Source of the DNA: a cyanobacterium endosymbiont of Braarudosphaera bigelowii
GTDB lineage: Bacteria > Cyanobacteriota > Cyanobacteriia > Cyanobacteriales > Microcystaceae
Reading direction: 5' to 3'
Length of the DNA stretch: 32,000 nucleotides
NCBI RefSeq assembly: GCF_020885515.1
Contig: NZ_AP024987.1
Location: 1,170,001 to 1,202,000, forward strand
The translations under genes were made by a program, and so were the position numbers. This document shows positions 1 to 8,924 of this stretch, piece by piece. Under the pieces are notes generated by a model. It saw nothing but the letters and a program-made list of their open reading frames with translations. It did not search any database and was not told the DNA's origin. Every line of letters begins with the position of its first letter. Position 1 is the stretch's first letter.

Positions 1-182
1 TTCAATCTTTTACTTGATGTTATTCTTAATATAAACATATTTATTAAACTAAAGATTATTACTTATTTAATACATTAAGAATACTACCTAAATATGGCAA
101 AGAATTATTTATAGTCTTATTTAGTATATAAAAGAGTTAAATAAAATTAATTTATAAACTTTTAACTTATAAAAAAATAGTT

Positions 183-668
183 TTAACGGAACAGGTTACT
201 AGATGACTTTGGGTAGAAATTTACAATAAATAATAAAATAATACCAAAATTGATTGAAATATCAGCTAAATTAAATATTGGAAAATTAATTAAACGAAAG
301 TCCAAAAAATCCACCACATATCCAAAGAAAAATCTATCAACTCCATTACCAAGAGCCCCTGCTAGTATAAAACCATAGCCTAACTGCTCAAGCACCTTCA
401 TCTTTTCCCCAAATAAAGATAATACTATTAATCCTATACTTATTCCTAGGGAGATCCAACGTAACCAGATTACTCCTCCCTCAAAGAAACTAAAAGCAGT
501 TCCGGTGTTTATAACATAAGTAAAATGAAAAATTCTAGGCAAAAAAGGAATTGTATCTCCAATTTCAATAAATGATTTCATTACCCAATACTTACTAATC
601 TGGTCTAGTAGTAAATTGCTAAAACCGATTAGCCAAAACCATATATTTTTTTTTAGAATGTTATTCAT
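183..668 (-). CDS. lspA: Lipoprotein signal peptidase (signal peptidase II)
   Basis: 161-aa ORF with several hydrophobic segments and the SPase II motifs 'NxGTAFS' (YVINTGTAFSFFEGG) and 'GALGNGVDRFFFGYVVDFLDF...FNLADISI'. Confidence 0.95.
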   Translation of the reverse strand: MNNILKKNIWFWLIGFSNLLLDQISKYWVMKSFIEIGDTIPFLPRIFHFTYVINTGTAFSFFEGGVIWLRWISLGISIGLIVLSLFGEKMKVLEQLGYGFILAGALGNGVDRFFFGYVVDFLDFRLINFPIFNLADISINFGIILLFIVNFYPKSSSNLFR

Positions 669-673
669 ATTTG

Positions 674-1249
674 CTAATAAAATAGAATATGACGCAAAAT
701 AAAAGCTAAAAAAGCTGTAGCACAGGCTATAATTAATTGTGAAAAGATAGAATCAATAGAATAATTCATCATAAGATTTAATAAATCTGGTGTTGATAAG
801 GCCAGAGGCTTTAGCATCCAAAAAATAAATAAATAAGTCAGACCAAAAATATGTATAGCTAGCAAACCACTTATTGTACTCATAAGTAAAATTTCTAATT
901 TGGTTTTATATTTAAAAGATAGCCATCCACATAGCCAAGCTCCAGGAGCAAAGCCCAAAATATAACCGAAAGTAGGGTCTCTAAAGTATTGAAGACCTCC
1001 CCCATTAATAAAAATGGGATATAAAAAAAGTCCTAGTAGTAAATAAGAGATTTGTGATAGGAATCCTGCATTTTTTCCTCCCATGCACCCTGTTAATAAA
1101 ACAGCTCCTATCTGAAGAGTTATACCTAAAGACAGATGACTAACATCTTCTCCTCGAAAATTCCAAGCTATACTTGCTTCAGCAAAAACGCTAAAAATTG
1201 TTAATAATAATCCAATTATAGTCCAAAGTAATTCATTAACAAAAAGCAC
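674..1249 (-). CDS. bioY: BioY family biotin transporter substrate-binding (S) component
   Basis: 191-aa membrane protein. BioY-like features are 'LGITLQIGAVLLTGCMGGKNAGFLSQISYLLLGLFLYPIFINGGGLQYFRDPTFGYILGFAPGAWLCGWL'. It lies immediately upstream (5 bp gap) of lspA on the same strand. Confidence 0.85.
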   Translation of the reverse strand: MLFVNELLWTIIGLLLTIFSVFAEASIAWNFRGEDVSHLSLGITLQIGAVLLTGCMGGKNAGFLSQISYLLLGLFLYPIFINGGGLQYFRDPTFGYILGFAPGAWLCGWLSFKYKTKLEILLMSTISGLLAIHIFGLTYLFIFWMLKPLALSTPDLLNLMMNYSIDSIFSQLIIACATAFLAFILRHILFY

Positions 1250-1525
1250 AATTAATAAATAGTATTTATATATCTTAATAATTTTATATCTTTATGTATA
1301 GGGTTCACAAATAGTTGGAGACTATCCACCACAACTTATCTCTAAATCAATTTTAGTATAATTATTTATAACAGTAGTAAAAGTACCTTCTTATAAGATT
1401 ATGATATCTTTTTTGTTCGAAATATTGACGATTCTAGCCATTGCTTGGAGTTTTTAAACTTTTGACATAGTTAGTATAGTAATACGGTAAAATGTAATAG
1501 TTATCTATTCTTAATCATAGATTCA

Positions 1526-2077
1526 ATGACAATTGAGCGACAAAAACTGGATCATTCTTTATTAAATATTCATCATTTAGGAGATAAAGATTTACGTAAG
1601 TCTGCAAAACGAATTTCCAAAATTGATGATTCTATTCGTCAACTAGCTAGAGATATGCTACAAACTATGTATAACTCTAATGGTATTGGTTTAGCTTCCA
1701 CTCAAATTGGTATTCATAAGCAATTAATTGTTATTAATTGTGAACCTGAAACCTCTACCAATACCCCTTTAATTTTAATTAATCCTAAAATTAATTATTA
1801 CTCTCAAGAATCATGTGTTATGGAAGAAGGCTGCTTGAGCATTCCTGGTGTATATCTTGATGTAACTCGTCCTGAAATGATTCAAGTTTCTTTTAAAGAT
1901 GAATATGGAAAACCTTGTCAAATAGAAGCTAGTGATCTATTGGCAAGAGTAATTCAACATGAGATTGACCATCTTAATGGTGTCATGTTTGTTGATAGAG
2001 TCAAAAATGATCTAGATCTGACAACAAAGCTTCAAGAACAAGGATTTAATAGAGAATCTGTAAAATCTTTGAAGTAA
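1526..2077 (+). CDS. def: Peptide deformylase
   Basis: 183 aa with all three PDF motifs: 'GIGLASTQIG' (GxGxAAxQ variant), 'EEGCLSIP' (EGCLS) and 'QHEIDHLNG' (HExDH). Confidence 0.97.
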   Translation: MTIERQKLDHSLLNIHHLGDKDLRKSAKRISKIDDSIRQLARDMLQTMYNSNGIGLASTQIGIHKQLIVINCEPETSTNTPLILINPKINYYSQESCVMEEGCLSIPGVYLDVTRPEMIQVSFKDEYGKPCQIEASDLLARVIQHEIDHLNGVMFVDRVKNDLDLTTKLQEQGFNRESVKSLK

Positions 2078-2223
2078 AATAACAGAAAGGCTATTTTTAT
2101 TAAAATTCTCATAATTTTAAATAGCTATTATATATAGAATTAACCATCATTTAAGAAAATAAAAATTTTATTATTAATACTTACCCTATGAATCCTTTAT
2201 CAAGACTTCTGTAGTTCTTTCAG

Positions 2224-2267
2224 CATTTTAATTAATATAGAAAATCATTCCTATATTAATTAAAATG
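2224..2267. terminator. Perfect 17-bp inverted repeat, 10-nt loop; probable bidirectional terminator between def and trpS
   Basis: CATTTTAATTAATATAG (2224-2240) / CTATATTAATTAAAATG (2251-2267), loop AAAATCATTC. It sits between the convergent def and trpS and is followed by a T-rich TTTCTTTT. Confidence 0.6.
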
Positions 2268-2341
2268 TTTCTTTTATACAATACAATCAAAATGATTAAC
2301 CGTAAAAAAATTATAAGTGTAAGCAACTTAAAGGTTGATAT

Positions 2342-3352
2342 CTAAATCGAAGATAAATATCCTAAAGAATGTTTAACTTTAGTTAAAGTTTCATTTGCAA
2401 TAGTTTCAGCTCTATTTTTACCTTCTTTCAATACTGAATCTAAGTAATATTTATCATCTATAATTCTGTGATACTTTTCTTGTATCGGCTTTAATGCTTC
2501 AACAGTTGTATCAATTAATAAAGGTTTGAATTGTCCCCATCCCATACTATGACATTCTTGAAATACTTCTTGTTTTGTTTTTTCAGATAAAAGTGCATAT
2601 AAGTTTAATAAATTATTACATTCTGGACGCTCTTTGTTGTCAAATTCCAAGCCCTTCAAAGAATCAGTTTTACAGCGTTTAATTTTTTTCTGTATCAGAT
2701 CAGGTGAATCCAATAAATTAATTCTGCTTAAATCAGAAGAATCAGATTTTGACATTTTAGATCTCCCATCGCTTAAACTCATAACTCTTGCTCCTTCAGT
2801 TTTAATTAAAGGTTCAGGAATATTAAAAACTGGATTTTCTAAAGTAGCAAATTTGCTATTAAACCGTATCGCAATATCTCGAGTTAATTCTAAATGTTGT
2901 TTTTGATCTTCTCCAACAGGAACATGACTAGCATTATATAATAGTATGTCTGCTGCCATTAGTATAGGATAATTTAATAACCCAACGCTAACATTTTCTC
3001 CCTGCTTAATAGCTTTTTCTTTAAATTGAATCATCCTCTCTAACCAATTCAAAGGTGTAATGCAATTAAGTAACCAAACAAGTTCACTATGAGCAGAAAC
3101 ATGAGATTGAACGAAAATTGTAGAATCATTCAAATCAATACCGCAAGCCAAATAAAGAGCTGCGATAGAATATGTATCTTTAATTAGAGTTTTTGGATCA
3201 TGAGGAACAGTAATGGCATGAAGATCTACTACACAAAAAAAGTTTTCATACTTTTGTTGCAAACTCACCCAGTTACGAATTGCTCCCAAATAGTTTCCTA
3301 AATGTAAATTACCTGTAGGTTGTACTCCTGATAATATACGTTGTTTAAGCAT
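2342..3352 (-). CDS. trpS: Tryptophanyl-tRNA synthetase
   Basis: 336 aa with class I signatures 'GNLHLGNYLGAI' (HIGH-like) and 'KMSKSD' (KMSKS), plus typical TrpRS 'VPVGEDQKQHLELTRDIA'. Confidence 0.97.
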   Translation of the reverse strand: MLKQRILSGVQPTGNLHLGNYLGAIRNWVSLQQKYENFFCVVDLHAITVPHDPKTLIKDTYSIAALYLACGIDLNDSTIFVQSHVSAHSELVWLLNCITPLNWLERMIQFKEKAIKQGENVSVGLLNYPILMAADILLYNASHVPVGEDQKQHLELTRDIAIRFNSKFATLENPVFNIPEPLIKTEGARVMSLSDGRSKMSKSDSSDLSRINLLDSPDLIQKKIKRCKTDSLKGLEFDNKERPECNNLLNLYALLSEKTKQEVFQECHSMGWGQFKPLLIDTTVEALKPIQEKYHRIIDDKYYLDSVLKEGKNRAETIANETLTKVKHSLGYLSSI

Positions 3353-3611
3353 TAAAGTAATATTGTAAATTAGTTATTATAACTTCTTTAAGATTATGAC
3401 CGATTATGTAATTCATGTAAAAGAATTTATATTCTATGTCGATATGGATTATTTTGGAATATTTTACTTAGGCTAGATAAAAAATTACATCGAGGAGTAT
3501 ATAGTAAACGATAAATTTGTAACTAAAAAAGATAAACAACAAAATATTCAAAAAATCAATGTGTAAAACTTGATGCAAACAATGTTTAACATAATATTAC
3601 ATTTAGAAATA

Positions 3612-3652
3612 ATAAAAATTAATAAATGAAGTTTTTATTTATTAATTTTTAT
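3612..3652. repeat. Perfect 16-bp inverted repeat, 9-nt loop, in the divergent trpS/metK spacer
   Basis: ATAAAAATTAATAAAT (3612-3627) / ATTTATTAATTTTTAT (3637-3652), loop GAAGTTTTT. Confidence 0.6.
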
Positions 3653-3857
3653 GAGATTGATTTTTAATATTAATCTTTGTAAAGATCTAGTATTGCTAAT
3701 TACTAAAAATGAAATCTTTTAGTCACTACTTTTTATTCATTTTAACTATACTGTTACTAAAAATATACATAAAAATTTCCTAATTCGAAGCTTAAAGTGT
3801 ATGATTGTGCTTTAATAAAAACTTAATTTACATTACTATTTAGAGAGGTAAGAAACA

Positions 3858-5105
3858 TTGTCTCGTAGTTACCTATTTACTTCTGAATCTGTTACTGAAG
3901 GTCATCCTGATAAAGTCTGTGACCAAATATCTGATACCATTATCGATACCCTACTTCATCATGATGATCAAAGCCGGGTAGCGGCCGAAGTGGTAGTAAA
4001 CACGGGGTTAGTATTAATCACTGGAGAAATAACCTCTCAGGCTAATATCAATTTTGTTGAACTAGCACGTAAAAAAATTGCAGAGATTGGATATACTAAT
4101 GCCGATAATGGGTTTTCTGCAGATAGTTGTTCAGTTTTAGTGGCTTTAGATCAACAATCAGCCGATATTGCACAAGGAGTGACTCAAGCTCATGAACAGC
4201 GAAAATCGTCTAGTGATGATGATTTAGATAAAATTGGGGCAGGTGATCAAGGGATTATGTTTGGTTATGCCTGTAACGAGACTCCCGAATTAATGCCCTT
4301 ACCAATATCTTTAGCTCATCGTTTTTCACGTCGTTTAGCTACTGTCCGTAAAATAGGTGAACTACCCTATTTACGTCCTGATGGAAAGACACAAGTATCT
4401 ATAGTCTATGAAGATGGTATCCCCGTAGGAATTGATACTATTCTCATTTCCACTCAACATGACGAAACTATTGGTTTATTAACTAACAATAATGATGTTC
4501 AGAATAAAATAAAGTCTGATCTATGGGATACAGTGATATTACCGGTTCTCAAAGAGTTTAATATTAAATCCTCAGACAGCACTCGTTTTTTAGTCAATCC
4601 TACTGGAAAATTTGTTATCGGTGGACCTCAAGGTGATGCAGGCCTGACTGGTCGTAAAATAATTGTAGACACTTATGGTGGCTATTCCCGCCATGGTGGA
4701 GGAGCCTTCTCTGGAAAAGATCCTACTAAAGTGGATCGCTCTGCAGCTTACGCTTGCCGCTATGTAGCGAAAAATATTGTAGCCGCAGGTCTGGCGGATA
4801 AATGTGAGGTTCAAGTTAGTTATGCTATTGGAGTAGCTCGTCCAGTCAGTATCTTTATAGATACGTTTGGGACCAGTAAAGTAGATGAAACAAAGCTGTT
4901 AGAAATTATTAAAGAATTATTTGAATTACGTCCTGCAGGTATTATCCAAAACTTTAGATTATGTCAGTTACCCTTGGAAAGAAATGGTCGTTTTTATCAG
5001 GATACGGCAGTGTATGGACATTTTGGCAGAGATGATTTAGATCTACCTTGGGAATTAACTGATAAAGCAGCTATGTTAAATCAGGCTTTTGCCATTAATG
5101 TTTAG
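3858..5105 (+). CDS. metK: S-adenosylmethionine synthetase
   Basis: 415 aa with '[20 protein letters not shown]', '[12 protein letters not shown]' and '[19 protein letters not shown]'. An AGAGAGG Shine-Dalgarno-like sequence lies upstream. Confidence 0.98.
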   Translation: MSRSYLFTSESVTEGHPDKVCDQISDTIIDTLLHHDDQSRVAAEVVVNTGLVLITGEITSQANINFVELARKKIAEIGYTNADNGFSADSCSVLVALDQQSADIAQGVTQAHEQRKSSSDDDLDKIGAGDQGIMFGYACNETPELMPLPISLAHRFSRRLATVRKIGELPYLRPDGKTQVSIVYEDGIPVGIDTILISTQHDETIGLLTNNNDVQNKIKSDLWDTVILPVLKEFNIKSSDSTRFLVNPTGKFVIGGPQGDAGLTGRKIIVDTYGGYSRHGGGAFSGKDPTKVDRSAAYACRYVAKNIVAAGLADKCEVQVSYAIGVARPVSIFIDTFGTSKVDETKLLEIIKELFELRPAGIIQNFRLCQLPLERNGRFYQDTAVYGHFGRDDLDLPWELTDKAAMLNQAFAINV

Positions 5106-5193
5106 TAACTTTAGATTATCGCGACTATTTAATTCTTCTTTTATTTATAAAATAATCAAATAGTCATCATAACTTTCTTAATACAATCAAAGC

Positions 5194-5239
5194 TTTAATT
5201 GTATTAATCATAAATAAATTAATGATTAATACAATTAAA
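5194..5239. terminator. Perfect 18-bp inverted repeat, 10-nt loop; probable terminator between metK and rsmH
   Basis: TTTAATTGTATTAATCAT (5194-5211) / ATGATTAATACAATTAAA (5222-5239), loop AAATAAATTA, between convergent genes. Confidence 0.55.
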
Positions 5240-5419
5240 ACTGGGAAATAATTAGTATGTTTCATAGTTAGCATATATTCTATATAGTTTAATCTATTTA
5301 TGAAAAAGGATACTAAGTAGCTATGTACACTAGATTTATTTAGATAAAAACTATCTCAAAAAAATATAGAAAAATCTAAGTTTTACAGGTTTAAAATCAT
5401 ATAGTGTGCTCATAGTTTG

Positions 5420-6316
5420 TTAAAGATCTTTTCGTTTTGCAAACCTCAATTTTGCAGAACGGGAGCGTCGATTATGTTTTTTCTCCTCTTGTGTAGGAAT
5501 AATAGGTTTTTTATTTATCACATCAAGTAAATATGAATTGCGAAAAGTGTGCTTAACAATACGATCTTCAAGACTGTGAAAACTAATAATTCCAATATTT
5601 CCTTGAGTTTTTAACCAAGAAGGTGACTCTTCAAGAAATTTTTCCAGAGAAGTAAGCTCATCATTAACAATAATACGTAGAGCTTGAAAGACCCGAGTAG
5701 CTGGATGAATACGCCCATAACGATACTTGGAAGGAAATACTTTAGAAATTGCTGAAGCTAAATCAGTAGTAGTAAAAAACGGACGATTTTCTACTAAATA
5801 ACGAGCAATAGAACGAGAGCGTTTTTCTTCTCCATATTGATAAAAAATATTTGCCAAGGTCGTTTCATTCCAATGATTAATAACTTCCCCCGCAGTGAGA
5901 GACTGCTGGCGATTCATTCTCATATCTAAGGAAGCTTCATGACGAAAACTAAATCCTCGTTCTGGATTATCTAATTGAGGAGAACTGACACCTAAATCAG
6001 CAATAATACCATCAAACTCTCCAGCTTTTCCTGGATAATCTACAAAATTTCCTGCCCATGTTTGTAAACGTTGTCTCACAGAAGAAGACATATTAGTTTT
6101 AGTATTTAAAATTGCATCATTGTCTAAATCAATACCAACAACTTGAACATCAGGAAAAGTACTTAGAATTAAACTGCTATGTCCTCCCCTTCCAAGAGTA
6201 GCGTCTAAGTATTTACCACCAGGTTTAATAGCCAAACCTGCTATAAGTTCTTTAGATAGTACAGGTATATGGACGTCAGAAAAAAAATGTTTTTCAATTT
6301 GTGTGATATTTATCAT
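5420..6316 (-). CDS. rsmH: 16S rRNA (cytosine(1402)-N(4))-methyltransferase
   Basis: 298 aa with '[32 protein letters not shown]', '[30 protein letters not shown]' and '[12 protein letters not shown]'. Confidence 0.97.
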   Translation of the reverse strand: MINITQIEKHFFSDVHIPVLSKELIAGLAIKPGGKYLDATLGRGGHSSLILSTFPDVQVVGIDLDNDAILNTKTNMSSSVRQRLQTWAGNFVDYPGKAGEFDGIIADLGVSSPQLDNPERGFSFRHEASLDMRMNRQQSLTAGEVINHWNETTLANIFYQYGEEKRSRSIARYLVENRPFFTTTDLASAISKVFPSKYRYGRIHPATRVFQALRIIVNDELTSLEKFLEESPSWLKTQGNIGIISFHSLEDRIVKHTFRNSYLLDVINKKPIIPTQEEKKHNRRSRSAKLRFAKRKDL

Positions 6317-6403
6317 AACGAAATTTTTTAGTAGTTATCAGGAACTTATAACACTCAAAATAATTCAAAAAAAAAGAAATTCCGCGGAGATCCAGTTATC
6401 ATT

Positions 6404-6889
6404 ATGAATTTGACGGTTCAACGTATGGTGTTTGTTCACTTTTGTTTTTTAAATTTGAACAGGATTTTGCCCCGTTTTCTTATGTCTAGCCTAGTAGGAC
6501 TGCTTGGTATTCTTTACGGATGTAGTTTAGCCTCAACTGTTTCTTCTTCTCCCTCGCAGTCAGTCGTTAGATTTAGTGACAAAGATATCACTAATTATGC
6601 CCAAATTGTTCTAAAAATTGAGGATCAGCGCCAAATTGCTTATCAGAAAATTGAAGAAATAACAGAAGGTTTACCACAAGAAATTAGCTGTGACCAGTCA
6701 GACACTCTAAAGCAATTACCTAATCAAGCTCAAACTATAGCAGTTAAGTTTTGTAATTTGTCTAAGAAGATAGCTCAAGATAGTGGTTTATCTTCTAATA
6801 GATTTAATAGGATAACTGAAAAAGCACAAAAAGATACAACTCTAAGAAAAAGAATTCAGAATGCTATGATTCGAGCTAGACTGCCTTAA
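6404..6889 (+). CDS. Conserved hypothetical secreted/lipoprotein-like protein, DUF4168-like
   Basis: 161 aa with an N-terminal hydrophobic segment followed by Cys (LLGILYGCSLAS), then 'FSDKDITNYAQIVLKIEDQRQIAYQKIEEI' resembling DUF4168. The true start may be internal, at MSSLVG or nearby. Confidence 0.6.
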   Translation: MNLTVQRMVFVHFCFLNLNRILPRFLMSSLVGLLGILYGCSLASTVSSSPSQSVVRFSDKDITNYAQIVLKIEDQRQIAYQKIEEITEGLPQEISCDQSDTLKQLPNQAQTIAVKFCNLSKKIAQDSGLSSNRFNRITEKAQKDTTLRKRIQNAMIRARLP

Positions 6890-7363
6890 TCAAGATAATA
6901 ATAAGAAATTACTAATATTAATCATTCCTAAAACATAAAAGAAAGCATATTTTTTATACTTACAACAATAATTTTTATGAATTACAAAATATTAATTTTG
7001 GAAAAATAAAAATCTAGAATCTATTTGATTAAAAAAGAAAGATTTTGTTTCACATCTTTAGCCTAAGACGATTTATTTAATCGAGATACTTTAAAGATAT
7101 CCAAAGATAAGAGTTTTAACAAAATACTCTGATCTAAATTATTTTTTTAATAAATGTCGTATAGATTTATTAAAAATTTTCAAAATTTAACAATCAAATG
7201 AAATCTTGATATCAATAATAATTTTTTCGTAAGATTAATTAAGATTATATTTAGAGAATACATATTTAGGAAGAGTAAAGTTTACACTTATCACTGGTGT
7301 TACTGAAAAACACTTTAATAGTAAAATATAATTGTAATTTTCCTAATCTAGATAACCCGTAGA

Positions 7364-8800
7364 GTGAGTAAGAATTGTATGACAAAGCGAACCTTTGGTG
7401 TCATTGGCTTAGCGGTGATGGGAGAAAACCTCGCCCTTAATGTTGAAAGTCGTGGTTTTCCAATTGCTGTCTATAACCGCACAGCAAGTAAAACAGAAGA
7501 ATTCATGAAAACTCGGGCCCAGGGCAAAGATGTTAAGGCGGCCTATTCATTAGAAGAGTTTGTAAAAGTTTTAGAACATCCTCGTAAGATTTTAGTAATG
7601 GTTAAAGCCGGGAAACCTGTTGACGCTGTTATTGAAGATTTAAAACCCCTTTTAGAGAAAGGAGATATGATTATCGACGGTGGTAATTCTCTTTTTGAAG
7701 ATACCGAACGTCGTACTCAATATTTAGAATCAACAGGACTTGGTTTTGTTGGTATGGGTGTTAGTGGTGGTGAAGAAGGTGCATTAAAGGGTCCTAGTCT
7801 AATGCCTGGAGGTACCAAAGCTGCTTATCAAGAATTAGAGCCTATTCTAACTAAGATTGCAGCGCAAGTTGATGATGGTCCTTGTGTTACATTTGTCGGT
7901 CCTGGTGGAGCGGGGCATTATGTCAAAATGGTTCACAATGGAATTGAATATGGCGATATGCAGTTGATTGCAGAAGCCTATGACATTATGAAAAATGCAC
8001 TTGGACTCAATAATCAAGAATTACATGAAGTATTTGCTAAATGGAATACTACTGATGAGCTTAATTCTTTCTTAATTGAAATTACTGCAGATATCTTCAA
8101 AAATATTGATCCAGAAAGTAACAAGGCCCTTCTTGACTTAATTTTAGATTCTGCTGGACAAAAAGGTACAGGTCGTTGGACGATAGTAACTTCTTTAGAA
8201 TTAGGAGTTCCCATACCTACAATGTATGCAGCTGTGAATGCACGAGTAATGTCCTCCTATAAAGACGAACGAGTATCCGCTTCGAAACAATTAACTGGCT
8301 CTACTACCGAATTTAAAGGAAATGTTAGTGAGTTTGTTGATAAAGTAAGAGATGCTCTTTATTGCTCTAAAATATGTTCATACGCTCAAGGAATGGCTTT
8401 AATTGCTAAAGCTTCTAAGGAGTATTACAATGGCGAGATAAGCTTACCAGAATCATCTCGTATTTGGAAAGGTGGTTGTATTATTCGAGCTGGTTTCTTA
8501 GATAAAATTAAGAAAGCTTTTGTTGATAATCCAAACTTACCTAATTTACTTTTAGCTCCTGAATTTAAGCAAACTATACTAGATCGTCAAGATGCTTGGC
8601 GTGAAGTTCTTGTATTAGCCAGTCAAGCAGGAATACCAGTTCCCGCTTTTAGTGCCTCTTTAGACTATTTTGATAGTTATCGCCGTGCAGATCTACCTCA
8701 AAATTTAACTCAAGCACAACGGGATTATTTTGGAGCTCATACATATGAGCGTATCGATAAACCTAGAGGAGAATTCTTCCACACTGAGTGGGCTTCATAA
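7364..8800 (+). CDS. gnd: 6-phosphogluconate dehydrogenase, decarboxylating
   Basis: 478 aa with 'GVIGLAVMGENLALN', 'GGVSGGEEGALKGPSLMPGG', 'KMVHNGIEYGDMQLIAEAY' and 'AQRDYFGAHTYERID'. The track start at 7364 uses a codon context that should be checked. 'MTKRTFGVIG...' (ATG at 7379) is the more usual N-terminus. Confidence 0.96.
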   Translation: MSKNCMTKRTFGVIGLAVMGENLALNVESRGFPIAVYNRTASKTEEFMKTRAQGKDVKAAYSLEEFVKVLEHPRKILVMVKAGKPVDAVIEDLKPLLEKGDMIIDGGNSLFEDTERRTQYLESTGLGFVGMGVSGGEEGALKGPSLMPGGTKAAYQELEPILTKIAAQVDDGPCVTFVGPGGAGHYVKMVHNGIEYGDMQLIAEAYDIMKNALGLNNQELHEVFAKWNTTDELNSFLIEITADIFKNIDPESNKALLDLILDSAGQKGTGRWTIVTSLELGVPIPTMYAAVNARVMSSYKDERVSASKQLTGSTTEFKGNVSEFVDKVRDALYCSKICSYAQGMALIAKASKEYYNGEISLPESSRIWKGGCIIRAGFLDKIKKAFVDNPNLPNLLLAPEFKQTILDRQDAWREVLVLASQAGIPVPAFSASLDYFDSYRRADLPQNLTQAQRDYFGAHTYERIDKPRGEFFHTEWAS

Positions 8801-8820
8801 TTCTTCTTTTAATATAGACT

Positions 8821-8866
8821 TATAAATAAAATCCCTTTTTATAAATAAAAAGGGATTTTATTTATA
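8821..8866. terminator. Perfect 20-bp inverted repeat, 6-nt loop; bidirectional terminator between gnd and the GTPase gene
   Basis: TATAAATAAAATCCCTTTTT (8821-8840) / AAAAAGGGATTTTATTTATA (8847-8866), loop ATAAAT. Includes a CCC/GGG core flanked by A/T tracts, 20 bp after the gnd stop. Confidence 0.85.
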
Positions 8867-8924
8867 GGAGTTAAATACTGATATAGATAAACTAATTTAA
8901 TAGTATGTGGCTATAAGCTTTAGA

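Noticed and set aside
2634-2906. 90-aa plus-strand ORF inside trpS
   Set aside because: Fully antisense to a clear trpS, no recognisable domain; complementary-strand artefact.
3353-3857. Possible SAM riboswitch upstream of metK
   Set aside because: I searched the leader by eye for SAM-I/SAM-II-like conserved cores and found none. The 3612-3652 inverted repeat alone does not resemble one. A cmsearch would settle it.
4590-4814. 74-aa minus-strand ORF inside metK
   Set aside because: Antisense to metK with a low-complexity/Ser-Thr-rich translation; no independent support.
8014-8214. 66-aa minus-strand ORF inside gnd
   Set aside because: Antisense shadow of a conserved gene.
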